Of a DNA stretch of 64,000 nt, positions 1 through 13,403 are shown piece by piece. A model generated the notes under the pieces. That model saw nothing but the letters and a program-made list of their open reading frames with translations. It searched no databases and was not told where the DNA came from. This DNA is from Sphaerodactylus townsendi (lineage: Eukaryota): positions 992,001-1,056,000 of the forward strand of contig NC_059428.1 in NCBI RefSeq assembly GCF_021028975.2, written 5' to 3'. Both the position numbers and the translations under genes were made by a program. Position 1 is the first letter of the stretch. Every line of letters begins with the position of its first letter.

Positions 1-1737
1 CATTAAACCCCCCCCCCCCCTCCTGAAGCATTTAAAATAAGCCACTTTAGTATTTCTATCCAGCCCCTGACAATCAACACTTTGGACCTAAGAACTGAGA
101 CAATCATGTCAGCTCTTTCCAAAATAGACATTTCAGGAATTATCTTCCTTCTTCAAAGAAGAACTACCAGCCCCAGATACTCTTGCCACTGTTAATCTTG
201 AAGAGAGCCACTGGTAAGCCTGCATGTGACAGAAACCCAGGGATTCCCTCCTGCTAGACTAGGCAAGGGACTGTTTCTCTGAGGTGTGGGGAAAAGGAAG
301 AAAAATGTAGGATCAAGTAATAGGTTAACTACATTGCACCTTCACAGAGTCCTTAACACCCCTCCCCTCCACACACAGCTTGAACATTGGAAGTCCGCAG
401 TTGCTCACCAGAGAGGTGTTCTAATCACTGGGCATCACTGACTTCCTACCAAAGGGAGCTCCAGACAGACACCAGAGTCTTCTCACCAATCCCCCTTGAC
501 TTTAAAGAAAAACGGTTCCCAGCCATTTTACTGCAAGTTGTTTTCCTGTGACTTGGGACAAACATTTTGCCTATCTGCTGTGATCTAAGGAAAATACCCT
601 CAGTGGCACTGCAGGTAAGAAACAGGCTGCTGAATAAGAAGTAGTGAAGATGCAGGGAGAGACTATCTGAGTTATTCACAATTCTTCCACCTGGCAAGGA
701 TACAATAATTACTCCTTTCTAAGGAGGACCAAATGCAGTCATGCAATTTACTATCACAATTTGTTCTGAAAAACATCTCAAGTCAAAAAGAACATCTCTT
801 ATTCCTGTAAACAACCGAGAGAGGTTGAAAACCTTAACGTCTGTGAGCAAGAGAAGGGAAGAGAAAGGGCTGAGTCCCAGAAGAGTGGGATCTTGCCTCT
901 GCCACCCACTCTCCTCTGACAGCCCTGGCTCTTGACCAACATCTCCACTGGGAGACAAACAGAAACAACAAACCTTTACAAACCTGTTTAATATAAAATT
1001 CCTGGAAAGATTTCACCACTAAAGGCAGAGGAGATTTATTAGGCTGCCACTTGACAGTTAAAATGGAAAGATCAAGGCGATCTAAAATTTGGACCACTGA
1101 TAGCAAAAAAGTCGGTGGAAGAGGGTGCAACAAGTGATTAACCAGCAAATCTGAGTAAAATTATTATTACTGAATGTTACGGGGCTCTGTCAACTTCATG
1201 GTACAACTCGCCCTGTGCGTTCACTTGAGCTAGAGAGCAAAGCAGCATAGTTGCCATGTGGCTATGGGGCTTTCAGAGTAATGCTGAAGCTGGGGGAAAT
1301 GGCACAGCTGGCCCACCACAGCTCTCAAGAGATTATCCTAAGAAGGCAGCCTCTCTGCCACCTCTGTGGAATGCTGGGATGCAAGCAAAATATTGCCTCA
1401 TTGTCATCCTATGTGACTTCACTACTAGAACTTCTGTTGCAGCAGATGGTAACTTCCTGGTACAAAGCAGAAAGGCACATGAAAGTGAAAGCAGGAGGCC
1501 AGCAACCTAGAGAGCACAAGGAGGAGGCAGAGTTTCGAGCACAAGAAGAAGAACACAAGTCTCTAGGGCAGAAGCTTAAAGAGCAGAGAAGAGGAAGTCT
1601 CTGCTGACCCTGAAGGGGCTGGAAGAAAATGTCGAGAAAACACAGAAATGTGAACTATTTGTGACTGGAAGTGCATTGAGCCACTGTGGCACAGAGCAAA
1701 TGCTTCACTCTTGCAGTCTTTGTGCGTCCCGCCAAGG

Positions 1738-2107
1738 TGTCAGACTCTCGAACGTGGAAATAACAGAGACCGTAGGAAAGTCCTAAAGCAGTTTATTTCT
1801 TACAACGCGTAGAGCAACAATAGAGAGCAGGATCTGAGCTAGAGAGCTCAGATCCAGGAACTATATTCTTCAACACCCCACCCCCCCGTGCCCCGTTTCG
1901 CCCCACACCAAATGTCCCTTACAGTTTCTACAACATTTGCACTACAGAGCTTCAAAGAACCTGGGAACCGTTCACATCTTCTTGCAGATGAGCTGGCGCC
2001 AGGAGGTTGCCCGGAAGGGAAGAGGGAAACAGGAAAGCATTTACAGGAAAACTTTTGCAATTCCCACATAGCAAGACATCTAGGCACTGACAGGCATGGT
2101 CCTGACA
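1738..2107 (-). mobile_element. Solo LTR (Gypsy-like) in ZC3H4 intron
   Basis: TGTCAG...CTGACA termini; 5-bp target-site duplication CAAGG on both sides (1733-1737, 2108-2112); minus-strand AATAAA near 1793. Confidence 0.7.
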
Positions 2108-5100
2108 CAAGGAACAGATCCCCATCGGCAGCATCAACACACATATTGGTAGAGACTGCAGCCCACAAAACAGGGATGACTTAGGAAGCCCTAAGATCTC
2201 ATGCCCAGGTCCCACAACACTCTGGTGCAGAGAATTGCTGTGACCTAATGAACTAAGAAAAACCACCAGTAGACGAGGAACTGGCCGCTTGATTTGTATT
2301 GAACTAAGAAACCAACAAAACCCTCGCATCCACTTACGTGATAATTCTACATGACTGAAACTCATTGCTAATGATGCTTTACAAAAGCCTATGCAAACAT
2401 GTCTTTATATAACTAACAAAAGCACTCTCTGGAAATATGTAGTCATGAATGCTACTGGGTGAGTAAAACGACTAACTGACGAAGCGGTCAACAAACAACC
2501 GAGACACTTAAACACAGGACAGGCTACTCCTGAAGACAGTCCTTCCAACACGCAAGTCAGCCCTTCCACAGGCACCAGTGCAATCCTAGGAACAGGGAAT
2601 ACAATGCCACCTACTTCTGAAGCAAACGTGCATCGGGGCTGGGCCAGAATCTCCCATTCATTCAAAGCTCTGAATCTCACATTCCTTTGTTGAGCATGTG
2701 TGAGAAGATGAACACTTTTTATGGAGCTTTCTGAGTACAGGGTCACATCACAGATGTCTTCATGTTTGCCTTCCTTTCCTTAAAATCCAGATGCTCCTGG
2801 ATTTTAAACCAATCATGGAACTCCCCAAGCGGCCTACCCTACGGGTATTATTTGGGAAGACCTGCAATTATTTATAGAATGCCTTAGAAGGTTTGGTCCT
2901 GAACAAATCCAAAATTTAACACAGCAAGAAAACTGGGGTAAAAACAGAAGAAAGCAGAGTCTACAGGATACCCAACCTTCTTGTTCACCACGTGTAATTC
3001 AGTTACATTCTGCTGCTTCAAACATGTCAGAAGAGGCTTGATAGATCCTACCACTGATGGCCCATCTAGTCCAGCAACTTACCGCACACTGTAGGCAAAA
3101 TGTCACCCTGGAGGGCCAACCAAGAGCCAAGGTCTTCTCCGAATGTTGCCTCCCTCCTACCAGGGAGATTCACGGATTTAATGCCTCTAGCCAGGAAGTT
3201 TCCTGGTCCGCATGGATCCATCCATCCTCCCTTCGCTTTCTTTGTAAGTCACCCAAGAAGGGAGTACCAGAGGACATCACACAGCAACCAGTCACTCTCC
3301 AAACTAGAGTCTAGCAGCACTCTCTCCATTCCTAGTCACGTTCAAACATTATGCATCTACTGCCTCACTGACTGGAGTATAAATATCTTAAACAAACCAG
3401 TGTTTCAAATGGATACACCTAAGAATGTGGACTACCTTTCACAACATATTTAGTTCATTATCAAAGTTCTAAGAGTTTTCCTTAAACCGTCAGTGAATGA
3501 AGTAACAAGACCTCAAGTCATTGTGCGGGCTATGGTGACAACTCATGATACTCTAAGCAGACGTCACATACCTGGAATGCAGGCACCAAATTCAGCAGGG
3601 GACAGGATTCCAAGAAGCCCCCCCTCCCCCCGGGGTGTGTGTGTGAAGAATTTGTGAGGTGCCACTGCCACAATCTTGCACCTGGGGCGGTGGGGGGAGC
3701 TTGCATGCCCCCCACCTTCGCCCTTCCTACAAAACTAATCCAGGCACAAGAGGATATTCAGCTAATCAATCCACGCCCAACCTGATAAGGCTCTCTGGGG
3801 ACCCTTCTCAGCTAGCACCCAACAGAACTACTTGGACTATGACCTGCTGTCTGTGATATGAAGGGATCTGCACTTCTCAAGTGGTTCACTCTCTACTGTG
3901 AAATATCAAACAAGTTCTATGCATTACCATGCCTTTCCCACTGCAACTTCCCAGCTTCATTTTGACATTAAGCACTGGAAACAAAAGGCTTCCTGAAAGG
4001 CCTGGATCATAATTTCAGCAGATCTTACCCGGCACTAGCCTGATTTACAGACTGCTGAGGGAATGATCAAAAAAATACCTGTCAAGTGCTTTGAGCAAAG
4101 AGAAATGACTGATTATTTGAAGGAATTTGGAAGGATCAAACCACAGCAGCAAGAGTTCTATGGCCAAAGGTCAAGTGTATTTCTGCTCAAAATGGCAGCA
4201 TAAACCATCCAAAACTCTTGGCCCAAGTCAGGACAGTGCTGACCTGGCACCCTCTTTTCGACAGGGACTGGAGCTGCATGGCCAGTTAGCAGAAGTAGTA
4301 GGTCTAGATTTTTAACCAGTGAAATCAAGCATTATCATAAACTGGCTGGCAGAACTGATGCTTTAAGATCAATCATCTTGGCCAGAAGACTGGGCCAATT
4401 CTGGCCCACAGAGTTGCAGACTTCCAGCAGGAAACAGCAGCAGTGGGATCTTCCACACTGCAGTGAAACCACACAGTGAGGGGCTTGACAATTAAGAAAA
4501 CACTTTCTGCTGTAAACAACACACAGGAGTAACAATGTATGAAAGTCTTGGAAAGTTAATTCTTCCTGAGTCTGATAAGTATACTTTCGTCACCCCAATA
4601 CAGAAATTTCCACTTTCAACAGTCAAATTGTTCCCGCATTGGGTAAACCAGGCCTTTCTAGTCTACGTATACAACATTTGTATTTGGGTAATGAAGGGAT
4701 GCCTAAGAGAGAAATCACCAAGCCAGCATTATTTCACATCAGTGAATACGTGGCCTTCATAAACCTTTTTTTTTAAATCCCAGACTGAAAATTCTGCCCC
4801 GTGGGATAAACTGTATGTCTTTCTTGTGCATGAAGGAGAGTGAAAGGACTCAGCAATTGCCACATCAGGAGCTGCTGGGAACAACAGAGAGAGAGAGAGA
4901 GAGAGATATCTCTGCTTGTTGGTGTCTCTGAGAAACAACAGGAACCTTTCGCAGCACGTGTGGTTAGGCAGAGGGCAGTGGGAAGAGGGGGGAGCAGGCC
5001 ACAACTCAGGTGCTTACACTTTGCCAGACGGCTGCTGACCGAGGACTGGCAGGAGAGCGTGTGGAGAGAGCTTTGAGGACTCTGTGATTTGTCACACTTT

Positions 5101-5731
5101 GGAACTGCTTAATGTCTTTCTGGAAGCAACCATTTCGGTTTATCTGACCAAACCTGCATCCACTTTGCATGTAATGGGATGAAGATGGATTTTGCAGACA
5201 ACGCAAATGAACCCACAACCTACGGATACTCTAGCTGGAGCTGCAGCAGGGGCGGGCTGCTTCTTGGGGGGTGGGGTGGATTCTTGCTTTGCTTTGTTTT
5301 TTTTAAATAAAACTTAAAAGGGGGACGTGGAGGTGGGTGCGTGCTTTGGTGTGTACTTTTCTAAGTGAATGGCAGGTGTGGTCGGTGGGAGGTGGTCTGT
5401 GGGTTCTCCTGCTTTCTTTCACGAAAGGCACAAGGTACAAACCGAACGATGCATCAATAAAAGAGGTTACTTACCAACCCAACCCCCGCATCACATGAGA
5501 GAGGGGGGGACCCTCCCGGGGGAGTGGGGGGGGGCTGGTGGCAGCGCTGGCCTGGTGGCCCTCCCCCCAGCCTAGGACCGCCCGCCCGCCCGCCCGCCCG
5601 GGTGGGGAGGGGGCTCTGGTGCCCGCTGCCCCCCGCCCGCTCCCCACTTACCTGCCCGCCCCCCCGCCCGCCCGCCCGCCCCTCCCCCCTCCCCCCTCAG
5701 GCCTGGCCGGGAGAGCGCGACGGAGGCGAGA

Positions 5732-5762
<31 letters not shown>

Positions 5763-5771
5763 GTACTGGAC

Positions 5772-5935
5772 CTTTCGTCCGGGCCGGGCCCGTGCTGCCG
5801 GGGCGGGCGGGCGCCGGCGAGGCCCGGGTGCTGGGAGGCGGCCGGAGCGGGCGCGGGGCAGGGCGAGGGGGGGCTGGAGTGCGGGCTGCTGCTGCTGCGG
5901 GGCGGGGGCACGCTCGGGGGGCTCTCCACGGCCAT
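5772..5935 (-). CDS. ZC3H4: ZC3H4 first coding exon (remaining exons lie left of the window)
   Basis: Good Kozak ATG at 5935; Pro/Ser-rich MAVESPPSVPPP...PGPDER resembles the ZC3H4 N-terminus (ending ...PDDR); phase-2 donor AG|GT at 5771, alternative in-frame donor CAG|GTAAGT at 5651; head-to-head with SAE1 as in human. Confidence 0.7.
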
Positions 5936-6319
5936 GGGCGCGGCAGCCGGGCCGGGGGCACACTCAGTCAGTCAGTCAGTCGGTCGGCCGGCCGGCCGGC
6001 CAGTCACTCTGCGGGCGGGCGGCGGCCCTCGGGCCCGCACTCGCTCCGCTGGCCGGGCCTGGCCGCGCTGGGGCAAAGCGAGGCCGGGCTCGGCTGGCGC
6101 TCCGAGGCTGCACCACACAAAATGGCGCCCGCCCGCCCGCCCGCCCGCGCAGGCACGGCCCAGCGCCCCCACGGAAACGCCCGAGCGCCGCGCGGAAAAG
6201 GCCGAGCGCGCCCGAGGGCCGGGAGGGAGGAGCGAAGGCGGCGGCGGCGCGTGACGTCAGCGCGACGCGAGGGGCGTGGCTTGCGGCGGAGTGGCTCAGT
6301 CGCCGCCGCCGCCGCCGCC
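5936..6319. promoter_or_regulatory. Bidirectional CpG-island promoter ZC3H4/SAE1
   Basis: CpG-rich; YY1-like CAAAATGGCG 6118-6127; palindromic CRE TGACGTCA 6252-6259; ETS-like CGGAAA motifs; divergent ATGs at 5935 and 6320. Confidence 0.75.
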
Positions 6320-6429
6320 ATGGTGGAGCGGGAGCCCGCGGACGGGGGGGGCCGCGGCGGGATCAGCGAGGAGGAGGCCGCGCAGTACGACCGCCAGATC
6401 CGCCTGTGGGGGCTGGAGGCGCAGAAGCG
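6320..6429 (+). CDS. SAE1: SUMO-activating enzyme subunit 1, exon 1
   Basis: gccgccATGG; MVERE...ISEEEAAQYDRQIRLWGLEAQKR; donor GTGAG at 6430. The nine exons join in frame to 1053 nt (350 aa). Confidence 0.96.
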
Positions 6430-6908
6430 GTGAGGGCCGTTTCTCCCGCGACGCCTCCCGGCTCCTTCGAGCTCCCGGCGCGGCCGCAGACACGCGTCTG
6501 CGTCTCGTGCGAATGCGGCGCCTCCTGCTCCGCCTCCCGTGGTTCGGGCTCGCGGCAGGGCCTCCATGTGCCGAGGGGGGCGCCGCCAGGGCGGCAGGAT
6601 GGCCGGACGCACACACGCCGCCTCCCCCCCCCCCTTGCCTCGGGCCGCCGCCGCCGCCGCATGGCCTCGCCATGGCGAAGCTGAGCCATGAGGGGAGCCC
6701 CCGCTCCCCAGGAGCGCGGCGGCGGCGGGGGGCTGATTTGCCGGCGGCCTCGTCGTCAGCGCGCGCCCGGGTTCTTGGGTTCAAATCCAGGCCTCCCCTG
6801 CCGCCGCCCTGAGCGACGCGTCCCTTGGCCCCGTCGCTGCCTTCCCTCGCCCAGGGCCCGAGAGGCCGCAGTGCTAGCCGGGGAGCGCGGGGGGGGGGGT
6901 CCCCTTGG

Positions 6909-6909
<1 letters not shown>

Positions 6910-6968
<59 letters not shown>
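6910..6968 (+). repeat. (GAT)n microsatellite, about 19 units
   Basis: Perfect GAT tandem run in SAE1 intron 1. Confidence 0.95.
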
Positions 6969-6970
<2 letters not shown>

Positions 6971-7029
6971 CTGGCCTATGGCTCCGGCTGAGCATCGCCT
7001 GCCCGCCTCCCTCCTTGTGTCTCCCGCAG

Positions 7030-7141
7030 GCTGCGAGCATCCCGGGTGCTGCTGGTGGGCATGAAGGGCCTGGGAGCGGAAGTGGCCAAGAACCTCATCC
7101 TGGCAGGGGTCAAGGCCCTGACCATGCTGGATCATCAGCAG
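7030..7141 (+). CDS. SAE1: SAE1 exon 2
   Basis: AG/GT flanks; [37 protein letters not shown] (ThiF-family nucleotide-binding segment). Confidence 0.96.
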
Positions 7142-7814
7142 GTGGGTCTTTTGCCTGGCCAGCACCTGCAGGGCCAGTCTCCAATGGAAATGGCTTCTGC
7201 GGGGTCCCTGAGCATCCCTCATCCTGGCTCAGCCCACGTGTGGCTTGTTGCAGAGGATCCTTAGGTCCCAGCTGCATACCCTCTCCCCCTCGCACTGAAT
7301 GCATGCGCCGGCCACTTTGCCACCCGTTCTCTTCTTGGTCTTAGCTGGGACTACTAGGGACCACTCAGAAAGGAGGCAAAGGTTCCAGGGGTCAGGGGTC
7401 AGGTATGCACGGCTTTCTTGGAGCTCCCTGTTGTCGTGCCGTGCATTTGGCGGGCTGCTTCCAAACGAGGCACAAGGTGGGGCTTTTAGCAAACTGCTGG
7501 GGGGAGGACGATGGAAACTCTGACCCTCCGCTGGCTGGTGTTCAGTTGCAGTGGTGTAGCACCACGGGGGGGGGGGGGCAGGAGTGTGCAACGCACCGGG
7601 CCCGCGCTCCTGCGAGGGCATGACACAGTGTTCTGGGGGCTTGGAGGGGCGCAGGGTGCGCACACCGAGCACAGTTCCCCCTTCCTTTGTCCCTGCTCAG
7701 TTGCTGAGCCTTGTTCCTGCAGCAGTGCCTTCCATGGGCTCTTCTTTCCTCGGCTTTTCTGCCCTTGCAGTAGGTGCCATTCTGTGGGCCTGCCTTGCCG
7801 GGGGGGGGGGGGCG

Positions 7815-8261
7815 TAGAACAGAGTACAAGACTAGCCTGCTGGATCAGACCAGAGTCCATCCTGGTCCAGCATTCTACTGCTACTTGGTGGCCCACAGGT
7901 GCCTATGGGAGCTCCCACATGCAGGATGTAAGCAATGAGCCTTCTGCTGCTGCTGCTCCTGGGCTTCCCCTGGTCTGCTAAGGCATTGCAATCTGAGATC
8001 AAGGAGGATCAAGATTGGTAGCCATAGATTGACTTCTCCTCCATAAATCTGTCCAAGCCCTTTTTAAAGCTATCCAGGTTAGTGGCCATCACCACCTCCT
8101 GTGGCAGCATATTCCAAACACCAATCACACGTTGCGTGAAGAAGTGTTTCCTTTTATTAGTCCTAATTCTTCCCCCCAGCATTTTCAATGAATGCCCCCT
8201 GGTTCTAGTATTGTGAGAAAGAGAGAAAAATTTCTCTCTGTCAACATTTTCTACCCCATGC
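7815..8261 (-). mobile_element. CR1 LINE 3' fragment
   Basis: ORF2 C-terminus ...TRGHSLK...HFFTQRVIGVWNMLPQEVV...SFKKGLD; nearly identical to the copy at 43116-44750. Confidence 0.9.
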
Positions 8262-9484
8262 CTCAGGAGAGGCGCAGGCGAGCATTCTGTTTCCCAAACC
8301 ACCACTTGTGGTTCAGGAAGATAATCCTTTTGAAGGAAGGATGTGGGGCACAAGGTAGTGCAGGCTGTAGGTGAGGGTGGACCGGGGAGTCCCAGCTGGG
8401 CTGTAAGTCCTCTCGAAGGCCACTCAGAAGGAAGTGCTGGTGGCAGAGGTGTAGCTGAGGAAAGCTACGCCCGGGACGGCCTCTGGTTTTCTGCCCTCCT
8501 CCGCACCCCCACTTACCTTATCCTGGTGGTGCGTGGGGGTGGCCACAGCGTGGGGACCCATGGGGGGCAGAGAAAATGCAGAGCCCTCCATCCCCCCTCT
8601 GCTCCACGGAGCGGGGCAGAGGGGTTTTCCTGCTGCCGGCTCCTGCAGCGCAAGAGCCAGCAGCAGGAAGCAGACCGCCGCCGCCATCCCCCCTCTGTCC
8701 CATGGAGCAGGTAGCCGCCTGCTCCGTCAGGCAGAGGGGTTTTCCCGTTGCCCGCTGCCAGATCCCGCAGCGCGAGAGCCAGCGGCAGGGAGCAGGCTGC
8801 GGCCACCATTTCCCCACCGCCCGACGTCCCCGTTGGCGCTACACCTTTGGCTGGGGTCCTGTTTCTGGAGCAATGCAAAGTTGCAAATGACTCCTCTTCT
8901 GGCCTGACTCTGATTCTTTGTGTTGTTTCAGGAGGCACAAGATGCAGTTTCTCTGAAAAACTTGCTAAATTTTGCATGTCAGGAAACTAGTAGAGGCACA
9001 GGAACGTCAATGTTTCTGTAAGGGTTCAGCTAACTCCAGTGCGTTATAGTCAAAATAAATAAGTGAACACATTATGCAAAAACAGAGGTGAATAATTAAA
9101 AGCAAGGGGGATTGAAACTTGGTCATAACATATATTGCACATAAATAACTCAATATACAACTCGGGCGTAGTTATACAGTTAATGAAAATACCAAATGAC
9201 TAGCCAAACATAAAATGTTTCGGCTCTTGTGGACTTTCTCAGTGGTCAGTAGCAACATTTTGAAAAACACAGTTCAACTTTTGGTGTATAAATCCAAACC
9301 AGGAAGTGCTTTATAAAGGTTTCGTTAAAAAGGAGGAAAGAACATACTTGTACGTTTTTACATAGTTTCTATTAAATTATTTTCAATAAAATAATGGTAT
9401 TGCTACCTCGGCTGTTCTGCAGTGGAGAATCCCCACTTTTTTTCTACCCCCAGAGGCACCAGAGAACAGATGGTCTCCCTAGAG

Positions 9485-9632
9485 CAGGGGTAGGAAACCT
9501 GCGGCTCTCCAGATGTTCAGGAACTACAATTCCCATCAGCCTCTGTCAGCATGGCCAATTGGCCATGCTGGTAGGGGCTGATGGGAATTGTAGTTCCTGA
9601 ACATCTGGAGAGCCGCAGGTTCTCTACCCCTG
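9485..9632. mobile_element. Palindromic hAT (Charlie-type) MITE
   Basis: CAGGGG...CCCCTG termini, full hairpin, 8-bp TSD CCCTAGAG/CCATAGAG; near-identical copy at 35595-35742. Confidence 0.85.
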
Positions 9633-10334
9633 CCATAGAGCTTTCTTTGCTTTTTACCAGTAACATCAGTGTGTGTGAAAATCACTGAACGTGGTATTGT
9701 GTTGTGGTATTGGGATGATCCCTCGAATAGGTTCAGATAGGATCTGTGTTGGTCTGCAGGAGAACAGCTGGGTATTGCACCTTGGAAAACAAAATGATTA
9801 TTGGGGTGTGACCTTTAAAGAGTCAATGGTCTCTTTGTCTGATACCTCTTGGGAAGGGAGCTTTAACTCTTGAAATACCCTGGAGCTCTTTTGGGGCTTG
9901 CATCCAGCCCTTGAATAGTGTCTGTGTGTTTTGAAGGAAGGAGTGCTTGCCTCGGGGTTGTGGCAAAGCAGAGCCTGGTTGTTCAGAGCTACAGGCTTGT
10001 TCATCTGAACCACTTCAGTGTAAGCAGCAGGAGGAAAAATACCTTTTCTTGACTTTTGTAACAGCGTGTCGGCTGATGGACAGAAAATTGTTGCTTCTCT
10101 TTCTCTGACCATTTTTCTCTGCTTGCTTTTTTTCTTTAACAAAAATGAAGTGCTGCATCAGTGCAGCATATTTTGGAGATAGCTCTGAGGCCCAGCTGTC
10201 CTGGAACTGTTGTTCGGAAGCTGGTTAAACTGATGCCTGGGATTTTTCCTAGCTCCTACTGCTAAGATGTTTGCTGAAGCTTTGCTGCTTCCAAGAACTG
10301 GTCTTTGCTTGCTGATTTCTGTTCTCTTACTCAG

Positions 10335-10508
10335 GTGTCTCCAGAAGATACCCAGACACAGTTCCTGATCCCTCTGGATTTTGTAGGCAAGAACAGGGCT
10401 GAAGCCTCTCTGGAGCGGGCTCGGGACCTTAACCCCATGGTTGACGTGAAAGCAGACCAGGAGAATGTGAACCAGAAACCTGAGGAATTCTTCACCCACT
10501 TTGATGTG
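10335..10508 (+). CDS. SAE1: SAE1 exon 3
   Basis: VSPEDTQTQFLIP...GKNRAEASLERARDLNPMVDV...FFTHFDV; canonical splice sites, phase 0. Confidence 0.95.
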
Positions 10509-11246
10509 GTGGGTTAAGGCAGGGGGGTTGATTACATGTAAGCTTCCATAGGTTTCACCACTATGTGTTTTTGGCATTATAATCCTATCTTTCTTTGCTA
10601 TCACAGTGACTCATATCATGTGTAAATGGACGTTAATGAAAATCCAACAATTTAGGACCAAACAGCAAACTGAACACTTTTAAATAGATTTAAAGGTCAC
10701 TAACATTTATTTGTTTATTAAAACATTTTCATTCCACCTTTTCTCATGGTTCAAGGTGGTCTTGCAATCTTTTAGAAAATTAAATAGGAAAGGTTCTGGT
10801 TTCTAGAGAACTGATTCCAGTAGGCTAGTGGCAACCCCAGAGAGCCGCCTTGTTCTCATAGTTATAGGCTTCACTTGATCTGGAGGTAAGGGTGGGCTCT
10901 TTTGGAGAGAAGCCCCCAGCCCTAATTGTCTCCCATTGTTGATAGCAGCACTTAGACTGAGTGGTTGGTTCTGTCACTTTCATGAGATACTGGAGGACCC
11001 TGGTGCCTGCTCTGGATGTAAGGGGCTAGGGAGGGCGGGGAGAGAGTGAGTGGTCCAGAAGGTGTTCTCCAGCACTGCCAATATGGCCTTCTTTACCACC
11101 AGATACATGAGCAGTGTCAAGTGAGTGCCAGGTTAGACGGGGCAATTGACAACCTTCAGTGTTTGGTCTGGAACAAAAGTTGTCCATCAAGCGGGGGATG
11201 AGATGGTTAGGTGCCAGCCTGGAGACGTTTGTCTTTCTCTTTCCAG

Positions 11247-11389
11247 GTCTGTCTGACGTGCTGCTCCCAGGAGGTCTTGATGAAGATTGACCAAATATGC
11301 CACAAAAACCGCATCAAGTTCTTCGCGGGTGACGTCTTTGGCTACCATGGCTATATGTTTGCCAACTTGGGCGAGCATGATTTTGTAGA
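11247..11389 (+). CDS. SAE1: SAE1 exon 4
   Basis: VCLTCCS...KFFAGDVFGYHGYMFANLGEHDFVE; ttccag acceptor, GTGAGT donor. Confidence 0.95.
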
Positions 11390-11663
11390 GTGAGTCTGGG
11401 TTTGGGGAGTAATTGTGGGTGGTTAGGCGTTTGCTGAGAAGGTCCCTTGAAGTGGTTTAGAAGCTTCTGTCCACGGGGCTGGTAGGTCCCTGGGTGGTCT
11501 TTACTGAATCCATCTTTTCTCTGTTGGGTTTGGCTGCTGGAGGGGACCATCTTGCCTGCATATGAATGCATGACAGTTGCAACCTTCTGAAAGACATTTC
11601 ACTGCTCAGTTGAGTGAGATTGCAGGTGGGAGCTGTGTGTTCTTCTGTGTCTGTACCTCACAG

Positions 11664-11763
11664 AGAGAAAGCCAAACCTACCAAAGCCAGCCATGCTATG
11701 GAGGATGGGCCTGATGCCAAGAAGGCCAAGCTGGACTTCATGGAAACCACCATGGTGAAGAAA
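11664..11763 (+). CDS. SAE1: SAE1 exon 5
   Basis: EKAKPTKASHAMEDGPDAKKAKLDFMETTMVKK (NLS-like); phase-compatible splice sites. Confidence 0.93.
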
Positions 11764-13102
11764 GTAGGTGGATAGTCCCTCTAGGGACCTGTGCCTACAC
11801 TTAGGTGGACGTTGCTTTTTCACTGCTTATGCCGGAGAGGTTGCTGGGGAGCTATTTTGGAAGTCCCTTTCCTCCGTGATGCATTAGTCACACAGCTGCA
11901 TGTCATTCTCTGGGCTTCATCCAAAGAATGTCATGGAGCTGAGCCCTCCCTTAGCTTCCAGGCAAGCCTGCCCTTGTCCCAGTGTGTTCCTGGGATTCCT
12001 CTCATTCTTTGCAAGGTCTACAGACCCCCTGTCATCCTGGGCCTCCCTTCCCCTGCAAGAGTTGGGTTGTTGCCAACAAATGCTGCATGGCTCGTAGGGG
12101 ACCAAGCAGACAGAGATCAGTGGAGATAGTTTGGCTTGTTCAAAGTGTGTGCATGGACAGAGACCAGAGTGGAAACACCCACAATAGCAGCGGCCTCGCC
12201 ATGGGCAATCGCAGCCCCTGTTTACCGTCTGAGGCTGTCAGAGCCCTGTGATTTCAGTGGCCTGCTTCAGGAGGCCAGAGGAGATGAGCCCTTTTCACGG
12301 CTGACTCGAGAAGACAGGTGAGAAGCTGGGCTAAGCAAATTGGTGCTGCTGAGCAAATTCCTTCAGAATTGGATCTGAAGACAGAATAGAGTTGACCCAA
12401 GAGGGCTTATAAGGTAACGTCAACAAATCCCTTTTAGACAAACATCACACACAAGAAAAATTCAGGCACACCTGGACCCCTGCATGGTCGTCTGAGTGCT
12501 TCCTGCTTTCCCCAGTCAGTGCCCCTGAATTCCTGAGCTTGTTGTATCTGCCAGTGAGAACTGATGAGTTTCTCAGATGAAATCTGAATGTTCTGGCTAA
12601 GCTGCCAACAGGCAGCCAGATCCCCAGCCTGCTTGCAGAGACAATAACCACAGAGGGCAGCTGTAAATAATCTCTTGGAGTGTTGTGCCCCTGAAGCTGC
12701 TAGCGTCCTTCTAGGTGTAGAGTATTCACCATCTTCTCCAAACTCTTAACCTGTGCCTGCTATTGGCTGTCACATAGCCACTTCTGGCTGCGTGCCAGGC
12801 TTCTCCTTGGCAACCTCCCAGCTTCCCCAGCATTAAGAGCGGAGGTGGGGGGGTTGTCCCCTGGCACAGAGCCTCTGCATGTGGCTGCTGCTGTCATTTG
12901 ATCGGTGGGGGTGGGGTGGGGTGAGGGAGACCCACTGTACAGTCAGGCACCTCCACAAGTCGCACATGACATTTTCCTCACACTGGGATTTGAGAGAGCC
13001 TCTTACGCAATTATTGGTCCTGTGTTGTCATACTCCCCAGGTGCAGAAGAGAGCAGGCTGAAAAGATGAGATGAGGCATTGATCTTTTGCTTCCCTCTGC
13101 AT

Positions 13103-13403
13103 GAGATCCAGTGCAGTGTAGTGGCTAAGAACAGGTGGACTCCAATCTGGAGAACCAAGTTTGATTCCCCACTTCTCCACACGAGCAGCGGACTCTTATC
13201 TGGTGAACTGGATTTGTTTCACTGCTCCTCCACATGAAGCCTGCTGGATGACCTTGACCTAGTCACAGTTCTCTCCAAACTCTGTCAGCCCCACCTGCCT
13301 TACAAGGTGTCTGTTGTGGGGAGAGGAAGGGAAAGGAGCTTGTCAGTCATCTTGGGTCTCCTTACAGGAGAGAAAGGTGGGATATAAATCCAAACTCTTC
13401 TTC
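13103..13403 (+). mobile_element. tRNA-derived CORE-type SINE (squamate)
   Basis: A/B-box-like head, GACCTTGRCYTAGTCACAG core, GATATAAAT tail; related copies near 27250, 33600 and 41380. Confidence 0.75.

Noticed and set aside
5524-7344. Many long overlapping ORFs, including poly-His, poly-Asp and poly-Ser translations
   Set aside because: Artefacts of stop-poor GC-rich DNA and the intronic (GAT)n repeat
9214-9246. Second hammerhead-like motif on the minus strand (CTGAGAA...GAAAC)
   Set aside because: Core deviates from CUGANGA; at most a decayed Penelope remnant
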